Below are positions 19,148-28,488 of a stretch of DNA of 64,000 nt, piece after piece. Below the pieces are notes generated by a model. It had not been told where the DNA came from. It saw only the letters and a program-made list of their open reading frames with translations, and did no database searches. Numbering within the stretch: position 1 is the stretch's first letter; each line of letters starts with the position of its first letter. The DNA comes from Candidatus Shapirobacteria bacterium. GTDB taxonomy: Bacteria; Patescibacteriota; Microgenomatia; UBA12405; BS750m-G30. The translations under genes were made by a program, and so were the position numbers. The stretch lies in NCBI GenBank assembly GCA_043817235.1, contig JBDRHA010000011.1:107467-171466 (forward strand), given 5' to 3'.

Positions 19148-19935
19148 ATTGATGCCCCAGAATATCTTTTTAACGAAAAGTTCCAAAATTTATGGGAGAG
19201 CCAAAGGGAGAGAATCGCAAAAACAAAAATATAGAGTATCCAATTCCAGGAAAATATTTTTAAGAGCACCCGGGCAGGAGTAGTCACAATAGCCACTACC
19301 GGAAAAAATATCCATAAAAAATAACCAATCAATCCGTAATAGATATTACCTGGCTTATCAGCAAAATCAATAAGATGAGTAAAAAGATGATTGGCATTGG
19401 ATAAGCGATCAGTATAAAAAGTCATACAAACAATCATAAACCAAAGACTGTAGCAAACAATAACTCCCCCTGCTAATAAAGCGATAAAAATGAAAACCTG
19501 ACCAAGAGATACGGATAAGCCCTGTCGCATCAGTCCAGTTACTATTAAGATAGGAGAAAATAGGAGTCCAGAAAGAGAATTATTTAAGTTAAATCGATTT
19601 ATTGAGGCCAAAAACTGGGAAGAAACAGGCTTAAGCAAGATTAGATCAAGCTGGCCCTTATTAATCATTCTGATTAGCTCGCCAAAATTGGAATAAAAAG
19701 CACTGTATAAAACTGATTGAATCAAATTATGAACGCCTAATAAGACTAATACTTGATTGATATTCCAACCCCCAACAAGATTTGTATGGCCATAGAGAAT
19801 GTCAAAAAATATTAGGGTAACAAGAAGCCAGCCTAAATTAACTAAAGTCCAGACAAAAAAATTAGAGCGATATCCCATTTCTCTGGCTAAATTAATCTTA
19901 AAATAGTGTAAAAATAGTTTTATAAATCGCTTCAT
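19144..19935 (-). CDS. ABC-2 family transporter permease
   Basis: Six-TM protein with the INKGQLDLILLKPVSSQFL motif typical of ABC2_membrane_6 permeases. Confidence 0.55.
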   Translation of the reverse strand: MKRFIKLFLHYFKINLAREMGYRSNFFVWTLVNLGWLLVTLIFFDILYGHTNLVGGWNINQVLVLLGVHNLIQSVLYSAFYSNFGELIRMINKGQLDLILLKPVSSQFLASINRFNLNNSLSGLLFSPILIVTGLMRQGLSVSLGQVFIFIALLAGGVIVCYSLWFMIVCMTFYTDRLSNANHLFTHLIDFADKPGNIYYGLIGYFLWIFFPVVAIVTTPARVLLKIFSWNWILYIFVFAILSLWLSHKFWNFSLKRYSGASI

Positions 19936-19967
19936 TTTTTTTTATATTCCTACCCCAGAAAATTTCT

Positions 19968-20723
19968 TCAGTCCCCTTTTCCATAGAAAAAAAGCCAAAA
20001 AACAACTCCCATAAGTTCGGCTCGACAATTTTTAAGTTCTCCAGTTAAGATTTGAATAGGAACATAAATTAAATACTTAAAAGGTAAGAAACCGGCAAGG
20101 GCTTGCATTTTTTGGGGCATGATAAATAAGGGGAACATTTGGCCGGAGAACAAAGCTCCCGTCCACCAACGCAGATTAATAAGGCTGGTTGCTTCTTGAA
20201 GCCAAAAAGCAAAAGCGCTGGTAATAAAATTTATCATTACCGATAGGCAAAAACCTAAAAAAACAAAAATCAGATATAGGGGCAAATTTTTGAAGCTTAC
20301 TTGAGAAAGCGGCATAAAACCGGAAATAAGGAACAAGACCAGAACTGAAAATAAAAAAGCCAAAGGATTGCGAATTAACTTATAAGACAGTTCTTCTATA
20401 GAAAAACGAGTAAAAATACTTATCGGCTTCGTTAGTTGGCTTGCCAATTCGCCATCTTTGATATAGTTAATCAGCCAAGTATCAAAATGCGCTCCTGTCG
20501 CGCTGTCCGTAAAAATCATAATAAAATAATAAGTTACCATTTGAGCTAAGCTTATTCCTGCTATTGAGGTCTTATTCTGATAAATAGCTTGCCAAACAAA
20601 AATAACAGAGAGCACAGGAATGGAATCCATAATTACCCATAAAAAAGCTTCTGTTCTGTAAGTAACAGCATCTTGCCAGCCAATAACCAAATAAGCCCAG
20701 GCTTTACGAAGCTCTTTTAACAT
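19968..20723 (-). CDS. ABC-2 family transporter permease (paralogous partner)
   Basis: Multi-TM protein of similar architecture, adjacent to the other permease; no ATPase gene in the window. Confidence 0.5.
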   Translation of the reverse strand: MLKELRKAWAYLVIGWQDAVTYRTEAFLWVIMDSIPVLSVIFVWQAIYQNKTSIAGISLAQMVTYYFIMIFTDSATGAHFDTWLINYIKDGELASQLTKPISIFTRFSIEELSYKLIRNPLAFLFSVLVLFLISGFMPLSQVSFKNLPLYLIFVFLGFCLSVMINFITSAFAFWLQEATSLINLRWWTGALFSGQMFPLFIMPQKMQALAGFLPFKYLIYVPIQILTGELKNCRAELMGVVFWLFFYGKGD

Positions 20724-20727
20724 GGAG

Positions 20728-21777
20728 TTATCTTTTTCTAAGCCTTAGTATTTTCCACCGAGCTTTTTCCGCCAAGTTATACAAACCATAAAGTGGCTTA
20801 TTGATCACCAAATCCCAAGAACCGACCATTTTTACCAAATCCCCTCCATAGCCCTGCTTAAAACGATGGAAGCCATACCAGGGGTGAGAAGAAGGCGCGC
20901 TTGGCGGCAGCCCTCCCCACATGTCAAATTTCTGGCAACCCTCCCTTTTTCCAATTTTAATCGCTTCCCAGCAAATTAAGTTAGAGGCCATTAAGTTCCG
21001 AAATTGACTTGAAGAAGCGCCGTAAGGATAGTAAAGGGTATCTTTCCAGAAAAAGAGCATCCAGGCCGCTAAAACATTGCCCTTATATTTTGCCAGCAAA
21101 ATCTTCGCTGCTTTCCCATTGCCCAACTGATCCCAAAGTTTTTTAAAATAATCGGGACTATGCATATAAAAGCCCTGTCTCTTTACTGTTTCTTCAAAAA
21201 GAAGTTTCGTGAAGATTGTTAATCCAATAGGAGAGCTATCTTCACTCACTCTTACCCCCCTTTTTTTCGATAAACGAATATTGTAACGAGTTTTATTATG
21301 AAAACTTTCAAGAAGCTCACTCTCGCTATTTTTAATATTTAGAATAAAAGTATAAGGATCAAAAGTTGTTTTTGCCGATGGGCTTAGGCCTAGTTTAGCA
21401 AAGTTAAATTTTGTTTCCCGAACCCTATCTTCCTGAATTCTTCCCTTGTTGTTTTTCCAAATTTTTTCAATTTGATTCGGTTCAAATTTAACAAAAATCG
21501 CCTTTTTCTCCAGAGCTATTTTTTTTATTGCCCGAATCATAGCCTTATTTGGCTTTTCTCCCCGAGGAAAATAGCCAATGGTAAATTTACTTTTAGGCAC
21601 AGGGTGGAAAAAAACCTGAAAAGCGGAAACTAATCGTTCCTTTTGCCAAACCCCGAAACGCTCAACCTGCACGCCGTAACTTTCTCGCAATTCACCCCAT
21701 TCAAAGCTCTGCAAGGGATGGCTAACCCGCTGATTATATTGATTTTTACTAACTTTGCTTAAAACCTTTATTGTCAT
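20728..21777 (-). CDS. FemAB-family peptidoglycan-bridge aminoacyltransferase
   Basis: 349 aa with a FemAB-like GNAT-fold pattern (FEWGELRESYG..., YYPYGASS..., WEAIKIGKREGCQKFDMWG). Confidence 0.6.
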   Translation of the reverse strand: MTIKVLSKVSKNQYNQRVSHPLQSFEWGELRESYGVQVERFGVWQKERLVSAFQVFFHPVPKSKFTIGYFPRGEKPNKAMIRAIKKIALEKKAIFVKFEPNQIEKIWKNNKGRIQEDRVRETKFNFAKLGLSPSAKTTFDPYTFILNIKNSESELLESFHNKTRYNIRLSKKRGVRVSEDSSPIGLTIFTKLLFEETVKRQGFYMHSPDYFKKLWDQLGNGKAAKILLAKYKGNVLAAWMLFFWKDTLYYPYGASSSQFRNLMASNLICWEAIKIGKREGCQKFDMWGGLPPSAPSSHPWYGFHRFKQGYGGDLVKMVGSWDLVINKPLYGLYNLAEKARWKILRLRKR

Positions 21778-21804
21778 TCTTATAATAACCCTAAAAATAT
21801 TCTA

Positions 21805-23730
21805 TCACTCTGTATCTAAATCCCAGCTATCATCAAAAACTTCCGTCCCTTCAAAGCAAAGCAAATTCTCTGATATATCCAGTAAAAAGCGAGAAGGTTC
21901 ATTAAAACTCATTTGGCCAAAATAAAGCCGCTTGCTGGCAAAACTCAAAAAAAGCCGCTTTCTGGCCCGGGTTAAGCCAACATAACAAAGCCGGCGCTCT
22001 TCTTCTAATCTTTCTTCTTCTTCTAAGGAACGGGCATGAGGGAGCAGGCCTTCCTCTAAGCCTACAATAAACACAGCCTCAAACTCTAATCCTTTACTGG
22101 CATGCAAGGTCATTAAACGAATGGCTTGGCTGGCCCAATCTTTTTTTTCTTTTTCCTGGACAAAATATTCTTGCTGAACTAAAGTCACATTTTCTAAAAA
22201 TTCACCTATGTCAGGAAAAGACTCGGCTACAGACAAGAGTTCATTAATATTTTCTAATCTCCGGCTGTCTTCCTCCTCGTCCGGATCATACTTTTCTAAA
22301 TAAGTACTCTTTTCTAAAAGGGCGCTAAGCAGACTTTTGCTCTCCCATGTCTCTTTTCTTTTTTCTTTAATAAAATCTTTAACCTTATTCGTTCTTCTTA
22401 TGCCCATATTTTTTACTAATCTTTCCAAAGAAACATCATCTTTAGGGTTATAAAAAAACCGAAGCAAAGATAAGGCGTCTTTTACTTCTTGCCTTTCATA
22501 AAAGCGCACCCCACCAATTAGTATATAGGGCAAGCCCCGCCTAATTAAAACCTCTTCAATTACCCGCGATTGAGCATTAGTTCGATACAAAATAGCAATT
22601 TTCGTCGGGTCTGTACCTTTAAAATCCACCAGGGTCTTAATTTTATCTGCTACCCAAGCCGCCTCACCGCCTTCGGAAAGTGCCTGATAAACTACAGCTT
22701 TTTCTCCACCTTTATTCTCTGTTCTCAATCTTAAAACCGGGTGCTTGCTATTTTGCCGAATAACTTCAAAAGCTATGTCCAAAATATTTTGAGTAGAACG
22801 ATAATTAACCTCCAAATTAACGGTCTTGATTTTTGGAAAATCAGATTTTAAATTAAGCAAATTCCGGTAATCAGCTCCTCGCCAAGAATAAATCGCTTGA
22901 GAGGCATCGCCAACTACGGTTAGATTTTGATATTTTTGAGCCAGCAGCTTGGTAAGCAGATACTGAGGACGATTGGTATCCTGATACTCATCTACCAATA
23001 TATACTTATACCTTTCCTGAAATATTTTTAATACATTTTCTTTTTCTTCCAAAAGACGCACTGCTTGACAAAGTAAATCTGTAAAATCTAAAGCATTCAT
23101 TTCCTGCAGCTTTTTTTCATATTCAAGATATACTTTAGCCACTACCTTTCGATAAGGATCATAAGCCTTTTTGCCAAAACTTTTGGCGTCCAGAAGTTCG
23201 TTTTTTGCTTGCTCGATAATCGCTTTTAAAACCACTGGCTTAAAACGTTTATCAGATAAATCAAATTTCTTTAAAATATTTTTAAGTAAAGATTGTGAAT
23301 CTCCCTCGTCAAAAATCACAAAATTGGGAGATAAATTGATTGCTTTGCCAAAAGAACGAAGCGAATATCCACCAAAAGAGTGGAAGGTTCCGGCAAATAA
23401 ATTCGCCTTCTTATTTTCGCCCAAAAGACTCAAAAGCCTTTGCTTCATTTCTCCGGCCGCCTTATTGGTAAAAGTTAAGAGCAAGAGCTCATTTATTTTT
23501 GCTTTTCCGGCGGCCACCAGCCAAGCCGCCCGATGAGTTAAAACCCGGGTCTTGCCGCTGCCAGCACCGGCCAAAACCAAAAGCGGCCCCCTGTCATGCG
23601 TCACCGCTTGCTTTTGAGCCGTATTTAAATCTTTGAATAAATCTTCCACTCTATTATTGTAACAGTAAATTAGGTTTTTAATTGGCAGTTTATTGATACT
23701 ATGTTTCGATGTATCGATACATCGAAACAT
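21805..23730 (-). CDS. UvrD/PcrA-family DNA helicase (start uncertain)
   Basis: LVLAGAGSGKTRVLTHR, VDEYQDTN, VVGDASQAIYSWRGA, no intein. The ORF-track N-terminus MFRCIDTSKHS is a translation of the palindrome at 23701-23730, so the real start is probably downstream (non-ATG). Confidence 0.75.
   Translation of the reverse strand: MFRCIDTSKHSINKLPIKNLIYCYNNRVEDLFKDLNTAQKQAVTHDRGPLLVLAGAGSGKTRVLTHRAAWLVAAGKAKINELLLLTFTNKAAGEMKQRLLSLLGENKKANLFAGTFHSFGGYSLRSFGKAINLSPNFVIFDEGDSQSLLKNILKKFDLSDKRFKPVVLKAIIEQAKNELLDAKSFGKKAYDPYRKVVAKVYLEYEKKLQEMNALDFTDLLCQAVRLLEEKENVLKIFQERYKYILVDEYQDTNRPQYLLTKLLAQKYQNLTVVGDASQAIYSWRGADYRNLLNLKSDFPKIKTVNLEVNYRSTQNILDIAFEVIRQNSKHPVLRLRTENKGGEKAVVYQALSEGGEAAWVADKIKTLVDFKGTDPTKIAILYRTNAQSRVIEEVLIRRGLPYILIGGVRFYERQEVKDALSLLRFFYNPKDDVSLERLVKNMGIRRTNKVKDFIKEKRKETWESKSLLSALLEKSTYLEKYDPDEEEDSRRLENINELLSVAESFPDIGEFLENVTLVQQEYFVQEKEKKDWASQAIRLMTLHASKGLEFEAVFIVGLEEGLLPHARSLEEEERLEEERRLCYVGLTRARKRLFLSFASKRLYFGQMSFNEPSRFLLDISENLLCFEGTEVFDDSWDLDTE
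23703..23728. promoter_or_regulatory. perfect 26-bp palindrome GTTTCGATGTATCGATACATCGAAAC, copy 1 (putative operator)
   Basis: 40 bp upstream of the YerC/TrpR-like gene; identical copies at 24228-24253 and 62677-62702. Confidence 0.6.
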
Positions 23731-23767
23731 AGTACTTGCATGTTTAAAATTCTCATGATTAAATGTT

Positions 23768-24217
23768 TTGATGACTCAAATTTCCAAAAAATTCGTAAAG
23801 CCAGAAACTCTTGAAAAAACTTTTGACCTTCTGTTGGCTTCTTTACTAAAAAGCGGGGGCAAAGCAGATACCAAAGAATTTCTTGAGGACCTCTTAACAC
23901 CGACAGAAAAAGTCATGATTGCCAAAAGAATTGCAATCGCTTATCTTCTCCTCCAGGAAGTTGATCATAGAACTATTTCTGAAATGCTTAAAGTAAGCAC
24001 GTCTACAATAAATCGGATATCGTTTGTTCTTAATAGGCAAGGAGCTGGTTTCAAAAGAGTTCTGAAGAGATTACTAAGAGAAAAGAAAATTAATAATATT
24101 CTTGAAGAAGTCGGCGAACTGCTGTTTAATTCATTACCGCCTAAATACGGCGATAAAAGAGCCTGGGCCAAAGAAAAATTTGTCAGAAAAATGACCCGCC
24201 AATCACCCTTGAGCTAA
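23768..24217 (+). CDS. YerC/YecD-family TrpR-like DNA-binding protein
   Basis: LTPTEKVMIAKRIAIAYLL...ISEMLKVSTSTINRIS matches the TrpR-related YerC family HTH. Confidence 0.7.
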   Translation: MMTQISKKFVKPETLEKTFDLLLASLLKSGGKADTKEFLEDLLTPTEKVMIAKRIAIAYLLLQEVDHRTISEMLKVSTSTINRISFVLNRQGAGFKRVLKRLLREKKINNILEEVGELLFNSLPPKYGDKRAWAKEKFVRKMTRQSPLS

Positions 24218-24227
24218 AAATTCATCT

Positions 24228-24253
24228 GTTTCGATGTATCGATACATCGAAAC
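24228..24253. promoter_or_regulatory. 26-bp palindrome copy 2
   Basis: Identical to 23703-23728; 10 bp past the YerC-like stop, in the convergent gap with the DUF2298 gene. Confidence 0.6.
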
Positions 24254-24258
24254 GGGAA

Positions 24259-26322
24259 TTAGAGCTTTAGCTTATATAATCTCGTTCCGCCGTTGGAGAA
24301 AACGATCTTGCCCCAATCGTTAAATCTATTTTCATCCAGCTGGGGATATTTTTCTTTTTCCAGTTCTCCGACAACAACATATTCTACCTGATACTCTTCT
24401 AGCAAGTCCTTTGCTAAAATTAAGTTTTGACCTTGATAAATCTTTTCAACTTCAGCGGCTCGAGAACCGGGAAGATCATAGCCGCCCCGCCAAAGCCATT
24501 CATGCACCAACCACCCTTCTATGGTGGGCAACCCCGTCAAGGCAGAAACCCGATCGTATAAGGTATAACTATCACCTACCGCTTCTAAGATATTAGGTTG
24601 ATTTTTAATATTTTTCTTAATCCATAAAACCAGCTGAAAATCTCCCGGATACTGTATTTTTAAAAAATTTAAACCAAAAAGACCCTGATAACGAGAAGCT
24701 TTTAGCTCACCATAGTATCCACGGACGGCAAAAAAAGGATAGATCATTTGCGCGCTAAATCCTAAAAGAAAAAACAAAAGGAATAAACGAGAAAGCCAGT
24801 AGAGCTTACTGTCCTCTAAAAAGCCTTTTACCTTTAGAACAATAAAGCCGGACATTGAGGCAAAAAGGACAAAAGACTGATAGACCAGCTTAAACATTGT
24901 GTTGGCCCGGTGGTATTCAAAAATATAGATATCTTTTACATAAATAATCTCCGGAATAATAATCAAAATCAAAGCCCAAAAGGAAGCCGAGAAAGTCAGC
25001 CACTCTGCCGGACCCCGATAGGGACTTTTAATAAAGATGAGCCAAAAACAAATACTCAAAAACCAGAAAAAACCCCATAAAACAAAAAACTGCCACCACA
25101 ATGTATGAGCATTTACCAACCCTATTCCCTGAGTCATCGGCGAAAAGCTGCGGGCAAAAAGCAAGGAGGTCAGCCCGGTAATTAGCAAAGAAATAATTCC
25201 CCAGCCAATTATTTCTTTTAAAGCCTTTAACCTTTGGGTAGATTTTAGCTTTCTCCCCAGCAACCAAAAGCCAAGCAAAAAAAGAGCCAGAAAAACCCCA
25301 TAAATAGGCAAATCCCAAGAATTAGTCATGTACATTAATCCCAGCAAAAAACCGGGCAAAATAAAATTTTTAATTTTTCTTTCTTTTAAAACCAACCCCA
25401 AGGCCAAAAGGCTGGCCAAAAAAAGCAAAACCGCAGGCAGGTTATTCAAGTGCCCGTGCAGATCGGCTACTACAAATGAGTAAGAAGGAAATTCGTGTAT
25501 TGTTTTGTCGTTGGGATTATTGGGGTTGTATCCTATAAAACGAGTAGCGTCAGGGTACCAGTAACGAGAAGCCCCATTTTTCAAGATGTAAGTTACAGCA
25601 TGCAGGTTTCCTCCAAGCGCAAGCAAAAAAGCAGAAATAAATGCCGCTCCTATAATCGCTTTCTCTTTTATTTTTCTGCTTCCTTTTTTACTTTGGAAAA
25701 AGACCAAGTTCGCTGTCAAGCAAAAGCCGCTCCCGAAAGTAAGGGCAAAAAGGGTAGCAATCATCAGATTATAGGTAGTCGCCGAATCTAAGCCCGAAAG
25801 CTTGGTTAATACAGCTGCCTGAAGATGGCCAAAATAATAATAATTGATTGCCCCACCGCTAAACCACATGTCCTTGGGTGGAAAAAACTGGGAACGGAGC
25901 AAGGAGTTTACAAAACCATAGTCCATAAATTTCTCCAAGCCCTCAATATTGGGCTGAAAAGCACGAATAAAAGACCAAAAAAGCAGGGCTGCCAAAAATA
26001 TTCCTTCTTCCAATAAAATTGTTTTTTTGATCTTCAAAAGTGCTTTTTTGTATTTAGGCAGTTCTTTTCTTAAGCGCCAGTAAAATGCTCCCGCCCAAGC
26101 AATCAAAATTAAGAAAATCGTTTCTTGATAAAAAGGAAGAAGATGAAAACTTGCCAAAAGAAAAACACTAAAAGACAAAACTAATATTCCTAAGGTTTTA
26201 GCTAAAATCCAACCCTTGTCCCAAAAACTAGCAAAGACTTTTAAAGCTAGGGGCAAGAATAGGATCCCCAAAAAAAGTAAAATCAGCCACCAGTAAATAA
26301 TCGTAAAAAAGTCAATAAGCAT
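24259..26322 (-). CDS. DUF2298 (Chlor_Arch_YYY) large integral membrane protein
   Basis: 687 aa, many TM segments, signature GGAINYYYFGH. Confidence 0.6.
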   Translation of the reverse strand: MLIDFFTIIYWWLILLFLGILFLPLALKVFASFWDKGWILAKTLGILVLSFSVFLLASFHLLPFYQETIFLILIAWAGAFYWRLRKELPKYKKALLKIKKTILLEEGIFLAALLFWSFIRAFQPNIEGLEKFMDYGFVNSLLRSQFFPPKDMWFSGGAINYYYFGHLQAAVLTKLSGLDSATTYNLMIATLFALTFGSGFCLTANLVFFQSKKGSRKIKEKAIIGAAFISAFLLALGGNLHAVTYILKNGASRYWYPDATRFIGYNPNNPNDKTIHEFPSYSFVVADLHGHLNNLPAVLLFLASLLALGLVLKERKIKNFILPGFLLGLMYMTNSWDLPIYGVFLALFLLGFWLLGRKLKSTQRLKALKEIIGWGIISLLITGLTSLLFARSFSPMTQGIGLVNAHTLWWQFFVLWGFFWFLSICFWLIFIKSPYRGPAEWLTFSASFWALILIIIPEIIYVKDIYIFEYHRANTMFKLVYQSFVLFASMSGFIVLKVKGFLEDSKLYWLSRLFLLFFLLGFSAQMIYPFFAVRGYYGELKASRYQGLFGLNFLKIQYPGDFQLVLWIKKNIKNQPNILEAVGDSYTLYDRVSALTGLPTIEGWLVHEWLWRGGYDLPGSRAAEVEKIYQGQNLILAKDLLEEYQVEYVVVGELEKEKYPQLDENRFNDWGKIVFSNGGTRLYKLKL

Positions 26323-26365
26323 TCCAGGTGAGGTTTTTTTTCATCTCTATTTAAATTAAGCAAGC

Positions 26366-26842
26366 TTAGCAGAAATTAATTAATAATAAACCAATTGAAA
26401 AACCACCAACAATATCTACTGGATAGTGAAGAGAGAAAACAAGCCGAGAAAAAACACTTAAAAAGAGACCAGGTGCCAATATCCAGGCAATGCTGACATT
26501 TATTTGAGCCAAAAAATAAAAAATGATCACTGCCCGCAAGGCATGGCCGGAAGGGAAGCTTCCCTTTGAATAGCCAAAAATACTTTTTGGTACTTTTGCC
26601 CCGGATTTTAAATAGGGCCTTGGCCAGGGAGAAAAAAACTTACCTGCCTGGTGAATAGCTTCCGAAAAAAGCATTATCTTCCAAAAACAAAATAACTGAG
26701 GGTAATTATTGCTAGCAACCCACCAAAGATTAAGCAAAAAAATGACTGCAAGAAAAAAATAAAATGAAAAAAAATGCCAAAAGCGAAAACAAAATCCTAA
26801 ACATGACCTTGAAGGAGTCCAAAAAAATATTTTTTTAAACAC
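26366..26842 (-). CDS. PAP2-family lipid phosphatase
   Basis: PAP2 motifs PSGHA and SLHYPVDIVGG; membrane protein, 158 aa. Confidence 0.6.
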   Translation of the reverse strand: MFKKIFFWTPSRSCLGFCFRFWHFFSFYFFLAVIFLLNLWWVASNNYPQLFCFWKIMLFSEAIHQAGKFFSPWPRPYLKSGAKVPKSIFGYSKGSFPSGHALRAVIIFYFLAQINVSIAWILAPGLFLSVFSRLVFSLHYPVDIVGGFSIGLLLINFC

Positions 26843-26898
26843 AGTAAATTATACCAGGCGACTTCATTAAAAACTGAATTCTGTTATAATTTTTTCCC

Positions 26899-27459
26899 AT
26901 GACTCAAAAAATAATCAGGGTCGGGCTTGATCTTGATGGCGTAATTATTAACAAACCCCCAGCTATTCCTAAAAGTGTTATTGAATGGCTAATCCAATCC
27001 CACACTAATCATCAAAAAAAATATCGCTTCCCAAAAACCAAGCTAGAGCAATGGGTAAGAATTAAAAGCCATCATTGGAAGCTGCGTCGGCCCTTAAATC
27101 AGAATCTTAAAATGGTCCAAAATTTAGCTAAAAGTAAAAAACATGATATTTATTTTGTTTCCAGCCGTTTTAGCTTTTTAAAACAGCAAACTAAAAACTG
27201 GTTTGAGCATTATTTTCCTAAGTTTAATTACAAAAAAGTTTATATTAACTTAAAAGATCAACAACCTCATTTGTTTAAAGAAGAAATGATTAAAAAACTA
27301 AAATTAGATTGCTATTTGGAAGATGATCCACGCACTATCAGCTACCTTAAAAGTAAATCCAGGTGCTTAATTATTCGCGTTTTTCAAGACGAAGATATCA
27401 ATCTTTTTTTAGATAATCTAAAAAAAGCTTCCCCCAGCTTGAAGCAAAATACCGCTTAG
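26899..27459 (+). CDS. HAD-like hydrolase (tentative)
   Basis: N-terminal GLDLDGVI (HAD motif I-like) and late LEDDP; 186 aa. Confidence 0.35.
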   Translation: MTQKIIRVGLDLDGVIINKPPAIPKSVIEWLIQSHTNHQKKYRFPKTKLEQWVRIKSHHWKLRRPLNQNLKMVQNLAKSKKHDIYFVSSRFSFLKQQTKNWFEHYFPKFNYKKVYINLKDQQPHLFKEEMIKKLKLDCYLEDDPRTISYLKSKSRCLIIRVFQDEDINLFLDNLKKASPSLKQNTA

Positions 27460-28477
27460 CTCTTCGTTGCCCAAATCGCCGATACCAATAATAGTCATAA
27501 TATAAACGAGAAGCTAAATAAGACCAGGGAACAATAAAGCTTTGCAACAATAGCTTTTCTAAACTCCAAGGCAATTTATGATAAATAAATCTCTGGCCCA
27601 AAGAAGCAAAGTTATCCGTTTTTTTAAACTTAAACTTGGGCAATTTCTTAATCCCCAAAATCTTAATTTTAGCAGGATCATTCTCTCCTAGTTCTAATTT
27701 CTTCCCTAATTGTAAATACTTTATCCCCAGCGGATTAAGGCCAATAATTTTGGCGGCCACTGAATCTAGAGCCACCTGGTCCTGGCTTCCTAAAATTAAA
27801 TTCGCTTCTTTCCATTCCATCGCCCGCGGCCCCGAACCAAAACCTACTACCGAACCATCCATAAGGGCCAAAATTTGAGGATGAGTTTCTTTCTGAATAG
27901 AAAGAAGATCGATTATTGTTTCGTGAATAAAACGGTGAGCATGATGTCTTTTAGTGTTGAGCATACCAAAATAGTTTTTTATCGCTCCCGTATTTTGAGT
28001 AAAAACATGAGTTTTAAGAGTGCATAGGCTAATTAGATCCTTATTGAGTAAAATTTTCGGGAGCAAAATTCCCTGAGTAAATATTTTGTTCATAGCTAAC
28101 ATGCCTGCTTTTGGTTGATATCGAATATATTTTTCTTCTGTCAGGTAATGAAATTTTATTCCGTACTTTTTGCACACTTTATCCCAGCCATGATTTTTGA
28201 CTCCTCTCTTAACATTAGTTACCACCGTTCGGTTTTCTACCGGAATAATTTCTTTTTTAGAATAGCCCAAGTCCAAAAGTGCTTTGATTGCCCCCTCTAG
28301 CTGCCAAGGAGGAGACGAGCAAGCAGGATAAACTTTGGTCCAAGATAAATTTAATTTAAGAACTACTGGTCTCCTTTTTTTTACCCATAATTTCTTAACC
28401 ATTAGAGCACAGTCGTCTATTGCAGTATCGGGAGAAGTTTTTTTAATTAAAACCCAGCTCTTTTTCATTAATAGCAT
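27398..28477 (-). CDS. DUF362 domain protein
   Basis: KTHVFTQNTGAIKNYFG, LMDGSVVGFGSGP, DQVALDSVAA resemble DUF362 conserved blocks; the ORF-track start overlaps the convergent gene, so the true start is probably an internal Met. Confidence 0.5.
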   Translation of the reverse strand: MLLMKKSWVLIKKTSPDTAIDDCALMVKKLWVKKRRPVVLKLNLSWTKVYPACSSPPWQLEGAIKALLDLGYSKKEIIPVENRTVVTNVKRGVKNHGWDKVCKKYGIKFHYLTEEKYIRYQPKAGMLAMNKIFTQGILLPKILLNKDLISLCTLKTHVFTQNTGAIKNYFGMLNTKRHHAHRFIHETIIDLLSIQKETHPQILALMDGSVVGFGSGPRAMEWKEANLILGSQDQVALDSVAAKIIGLNPLGIKYLQLGKKLELGENDPAKIKILGIKKLPKFKFKKTDNFASLGQRFIYHKLPWSLEKLLLQSFIVPWSYLASRLYYDYYWYRRFGQRRAKRYFASSWGKLFLDYLKKD

Positions 28478-28488
28478 TCTAGCAATAA

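Noticed and set aside
16633-19186. Minus-strand ORFs within the helicase-nuclease gene (16633-16899, 17158-17412, 18192-18389, 18448-18651, 18989-19186)
   Set aside because: Antisense to a gene with continuous helicase, intein and nuclease motifs.
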